From an uncultured Steroidobacteraceae bacterium (lineage in GTDB: Bacteria; Pseudomonadota; Gammaproteobacteria; Steroidobacterales; Steroidobacteraceae): 63,847 bases of DNA. The position numbers and the translations under genes were made by a program. Below are positions 60,958 to 63,847 of this stretch, one piece after another. The notes beneath the pieces are model-generated. The model was not told where the DNA came from, did not search any database, and saw only the letters and a program-made list of their open reading frames with translations. The stretch is from positions 1-63,847 of the forward strand of contig CAZZWE010000003.1 of assembly GCA_964657675.1 (NCBI GenBank), given 5' to 3'. Each line of letters starts with the position of its first letter. Within the stretch, counting starts at the first letter, position 1.

Positions 60958-63669
60958 CTACGGCAGAATAATGTCCGTTGCTATCTGCGTTTGAATCATC
61001 GTCGTGGCGGTTTGTAAGACATTACCGCCCGAGTCCAATACGGTGACCTGCAGTTGCAGTTGATTGACCCAGGCAAAGTCAGGGCCGTTGGTGCCCGCAC
61101 CAAAACCATTTTCCGCGAACATGATGGTCGGCACGTTGGTGATCACCGTTTCACTCGTCCCCTTCGACATGCCACTGTAATCGGGGACCGGCGCCACTCC
61201 GATATCGCCGCCGCCTGACAAGCCAAGATCCTCAGGGTCGCCATACAAATCAAAACCCGCTGTCAAAAGCCATTTGAACGTGGTGCCCGTGGGGAATGTA
61301 CCGCTCGTCGCTGCGACGCTGAACTGCTGCAACGCACCCTCCGCTACCTGCGGGTCTTGTGGATTGATGCCAACGCTCAGCGGCGCGCCGAAGTCAATCG
61401 TCGCGCTGCCTTTGCCCAGGGTATAAGTGCGACTTTCGCTGGGCAGCGTCGCTGACAGCGTGACCGTGACGGTATCAGTGGTACCGGCTGACAGGGTCGC
61501 GGGCCCGGTATAAACGACACTGCTGCTCGACGTGTTGAACCCTTGGCTCGGCATACCGCTGCTCGGATCGGTGAGCGAACCGCCGGCGGTTCCCGTCAAC
61601 ACCCAATGATAGATTTGCGTCAGCGTTGCATCGGTGATCGGCGTAGACAGGACCGTGCTCAGATTAACAATGCCCCCGGCTGTGCCGTTATTGACCGGCG
61701 GGCTGACCGTGATCGTTTCGCTGGGGACATAGGTGACCAAGGTCGTACCGGTTCCGGCGTAATTCGGACTGCTCGGGCCGCCGCAATTCGCGCCGTTATA
61801 CGCCTCGACCACGACCGTATCGTGTGAGAATTGCGCTGCACCAGGCTTGACGACGAACAGCGCCTTGGGGCTGGCAGAGCAGTAATCGGTTTGGTGACTC
61901 TGCCCTCCTGAGGCCATATCGCTGAGGTCCCCGATGGTGGTAGTCGTGGTCCAGTGAAAGCAATAACCGGTAAGGTCTTCGACACCCAACACCGAGGTCG
62001 TCAAAACCTGGCTGCCCAAGCCCGAGATATCCGCGGGTGAGGGATTGAGCTGCACCTTGGATGCCGTCGAGGTGACGGTCCATGCATCGGACGTGTCGGA
62101 GTAACGCAGGTCGTAGAGGAATGCCGCGGTGTCGATGGCTTGTAAACCGAAGCCTGCAAGATTCAATATGTTGTTGAAGGCTTGGATGTAACTTTGCGCG
62201 GCTGTGTAGTCTGTGATCGCCCCGGCCGAGGTACCGGACTGAATCGCGAAATTAAAGGCGTGATCGAGAATGGTTCGCAACGAATTTGAACCTGCCTCGG
62301 CACCCGTGTAATCGACGAAGGCGTCGAAGAACTTGCCTTTGGTAATTTCGTCGCGCACGGTGGTGTCGGTGTTGTTCTGAATGGATGTCAGAAAATCCGT
62401 GGTGGCGCTGGCGGTGAAGTCGGCGACGAACTTCGCGCTGGCATTGGTATAGCCGTTCTGAAAGTTGATGAAGCCGCTACCCAGGATTGCATTGGTAAAC
62501 ACCGGCAGGGTGTAGTCGAGCATGAAGCTGCGGACCGACACTTCGGTGAGCTTGGTGGTTTGCTCAGCGGTCAGCGTGGCGGTCCCGCTATTGGCGCCTG
62601 GGCCGACGGCCACGATGCTGTATGTCGTCGCATCGGTGCCGTCGAGCAGCGGCAAGCTGAATGAATCGGTCGTTGTAGGTCCGTAAGCCGTCGGCTGAAT
62701 GCCCCAATAGGCGGCATAGATATCGGTGATGGCGCCGGTCAAACCGCCGTTCACGCCTTTCGTCGGTTCAAGTTCGAAACTCGTCACCGACAAGGGGTCA
62801 TCGGTCACCTGCGAGGCAATCGTGTGCGACACGCGGTCGACGTAGACGTAGGCGCGACGACGGTACGCGTTGCTCAAATGGGCGGCGAACGGCGGATCCT
62901 GTACGACGGTGATACCACTTTGTTCGCCAGGGGTACTAGTGATGGCGTGGATATGTGCCGCCAGAGCGGCGGGTATGCGGCCCGCGATGCTCGCGTGCTG
63001 TGTCGCCTGGCTGGCGGTTGCCGCGCTCTGAGGCGTTGCGCTCGCGATGATCGCTGTTACAAAGGCCTTCAGCGCGGCCGCGACATTGGCGTTCGGTGTG
63101 GCGAAGGCGTCGACGTTCGCGCCAACCTCGGAGGAGATAGTCGTCGCGACGGCGCCGATTCCCGGCGCTTGCGGCATGGCGGCGATGATCGCGTCCGCAT
63201 CGGCACTCTGCAGCACGAGCGAGCCCTGCAGCGCGAAGTACGCCAGTACCTCGGCGGTCGTCTCCGCATTGATGACGGTGTGGGTCGAATCGATCCAACC
63301 GTAGAGCACGGGATTGCCGGCGGGGCTCAATACGATGGCGATCTGCGAGCCGGGGGCGAAAGCAGTGACGCTGACGGCACCCGTGGCGTCAGGAGTCGCG
63401 CTCGCCGCCGAGGTCATGACCTTCAATTTGTCTGGCGTGACAGTCACGCCGGCGGGCAGGGTCACCGTTGCATTGTCGACGACGCTGGTAATGCCCGGCA
63501 CTGGCGGAACGGCGTCGGTTGATGTTTCACCGCTCGTGCCGCCGCCGCTTGCAGGCGCGGCGGCGCTGTGATTACCGCCGCCGCAGGCAGCGAGTGTCAA
63601 ACTTGCCACGCAGATGCAGGTTGCGAATACGTTGCGCGCGGCCGCGCGAGAAAGCCAATAGTTCCTCAT
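60958..63669 (-). CDS. large orphan lipoprotein (903 aa), function unknown
   Basis: Lipobox LTLAACGGG followed by a Gly/Ser/Thr-rich linker. The body is Thr/Ala/Gly-rich with Ig-like beta-rich C-terminal segments. I recognise no catalytic motif. Confidence 0.8.
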   Translation of the reverse strand: MRNYWLSRAAARNVFATCICVASLTLAACGGGNHSAAAPASGGGTSGETSTDAVPPVPGITSVVDNATVTLPAGVTVTPDKLKVMTSAASATPDATGAVSVTAFAPGSQIAIVLSPAGNPVLYGWIDSTHTVINAETTAEVLAYFALQGSLVLQSADADAIIAAMPQAPGIGAVATTISSEVGANVDAFATPNANVAAALKAFVTAIIASATPQSAATASQATQHASIAGRIPAALAAHIHAITSTPGEQSGITVVQDPPFAAHLSNAYRRRAYVYVDRVSHTIASQVTDDPLSVTSFELEPTKGVNGGLTGAITDIYAAYWGIQPTAYGPTTTDSFSLPLLDGTDATTYSIVAVGPGANSGTATLTAEQTTKLTEVSVRSFMLDYTLPVFTNAILGSGFINFQNGYTNASAKFVADFTASATTDFLTSIQNNTDTTVRDEITKGKFFDAFVDYTGAEAGSNSLRTILDHAFNFAIQSGTSAGAITDYTAAQSYIQAFNNILNLAGFGLQAIDTAAFLYDLRYSDTSDAWTVTSTASKVQLNPSPADISGLGSQVLTTSVLGVEDLTGYCFHWTTTTTIGDLSDMASGGQSHQTDYCSASPKALFVVKPGAAQFSHDTVVVEAYNGANCGGPSSPNYAGTGTTLVTYVPSETITVSPPVNNGTAGGIVNLSTVLSTPITDATLTQIYHWVLTGTAGGSLTDPSSGMPSQGFNTSSSSVVYTGPATLSAGTTDTVTVTLSATLPSESRTYTLGKGSATIDFGAPLSVGINPQDPQVAEGALQQFSVAATSGTFPTGTTFKWLLTAGFDLYGDPEDLGLSGGGDIGVAPVPDYSGMSKGTSETVITNVPTIMFAENGFGAGTNGPDFAWVNQLQLQVTVLDSGGNVLQTATTMIQTQIATDIILP

Positions 63670-63673
63670 ACCA

Positions 63674-63703
63674 TCCCTCTTCTAGTGTGTGTCTGTAGAG
63701 GGA
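63674..63703 (-). promoter_or_regulatory. hairpin able to sequester the lipoprotein Shine-Dalgarno
   Basis: The minus-strand RNA would read UCCCUCU-16 nt-AGAGGGA-UGGU-AUG, with 7-bp perfect arms at 63697-63703 and 63674-63680. Confidence 0.4.
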
Positions 63704-63847
63704 ACCGCGTAATTCTCAGCCGAAATGCCTCAATTATTTTTTGGTCGGCGTTATGGTCAACCGTAGGGGCAAGATGGGATGCCGATGTGCGGCGTACGGC
63801 TGAAATAAAAAAGCCCGAAAGCGATTAAGACGAACCACGTCGCTTGC

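Noticed and set aside
1-63847. Search for CRISPR arrays, tRNA/rRNA genes, IS elements, integrases and prophage genes
   Set aside because: I saw no direct-repeat/spacer arrays, no transposase- or integrase-like ORFs and no RNA-gene-sized non-coding gaps (the longest gaps are about 200-280 bp). A by-eye scan cannot exclude small ncRNAs.

Overview
High-GC, gene-dense chromosomal segment from a Gram-negative, Proteobacteria-like bacterium, judged from a TonB-dependent receptor, RND/NodT efflux lipoproteins and Tat/Sec/lipobox signals. I support about 50 CDS. By eye I saw no rRNA, tRNA, CRISPR array, transposase, integrase or phage genes, so this looks like accessory metabolism and signalling rather than a mobile island. 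Contents from left to right are as follows. (1) A TetR-linked putative catabolic cluster: acyl-CoA ligase, 115-aa unknown, alpha-only Rieske oxygenase, convergent indolepyruvate-ferredoxin-oxidoreductase-family protein, Fe-ADH, esterase and a TonB receptor. (2) A small electrophile/alkylation detox group: VOC, WYL/YafY regulator, GFA, GST and an AraC-Ogt fusion. (3) RND efflux operon 1, then ohr and a PAS-GGDEF-EAL protein. (4) A divergent island of exported hydrolases. (5) A tightly coupled sensorless-HK / KaiC-like double ATPase / receiver-only operon. (6) TetR, quinohemoprotein PQQ-ADH and an MFS exporter. (7) An SDR/HxlR pair. (8) An operon of a 1121-aa TolB-propeller-amidohydrolase fusion, an unusual 394-aa helical/winged-helix protein and a small propeller protein. 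(9) DUF899 plus a mini membrane protein. (10) A NarL-type two-component system, paralogous RND operon 2 and a PLD lipoprotein. (11) A HAMP-GGDEF-EAL protein and an orphan 903-aa lipoprotein. My best candidates for poorly described systems are the HK-KaiC-like-REC module (32652-35274), the amidohydrolase/regulator/propeller operon (41083-46282), and the two permease-first RND operons. A 17-bp GTGAC-N4-GTCAC-TTC palindrome flanks the regulator gene of the second RND operon. None of these is proven. All calls come from reading motifs by eye, with no database search.
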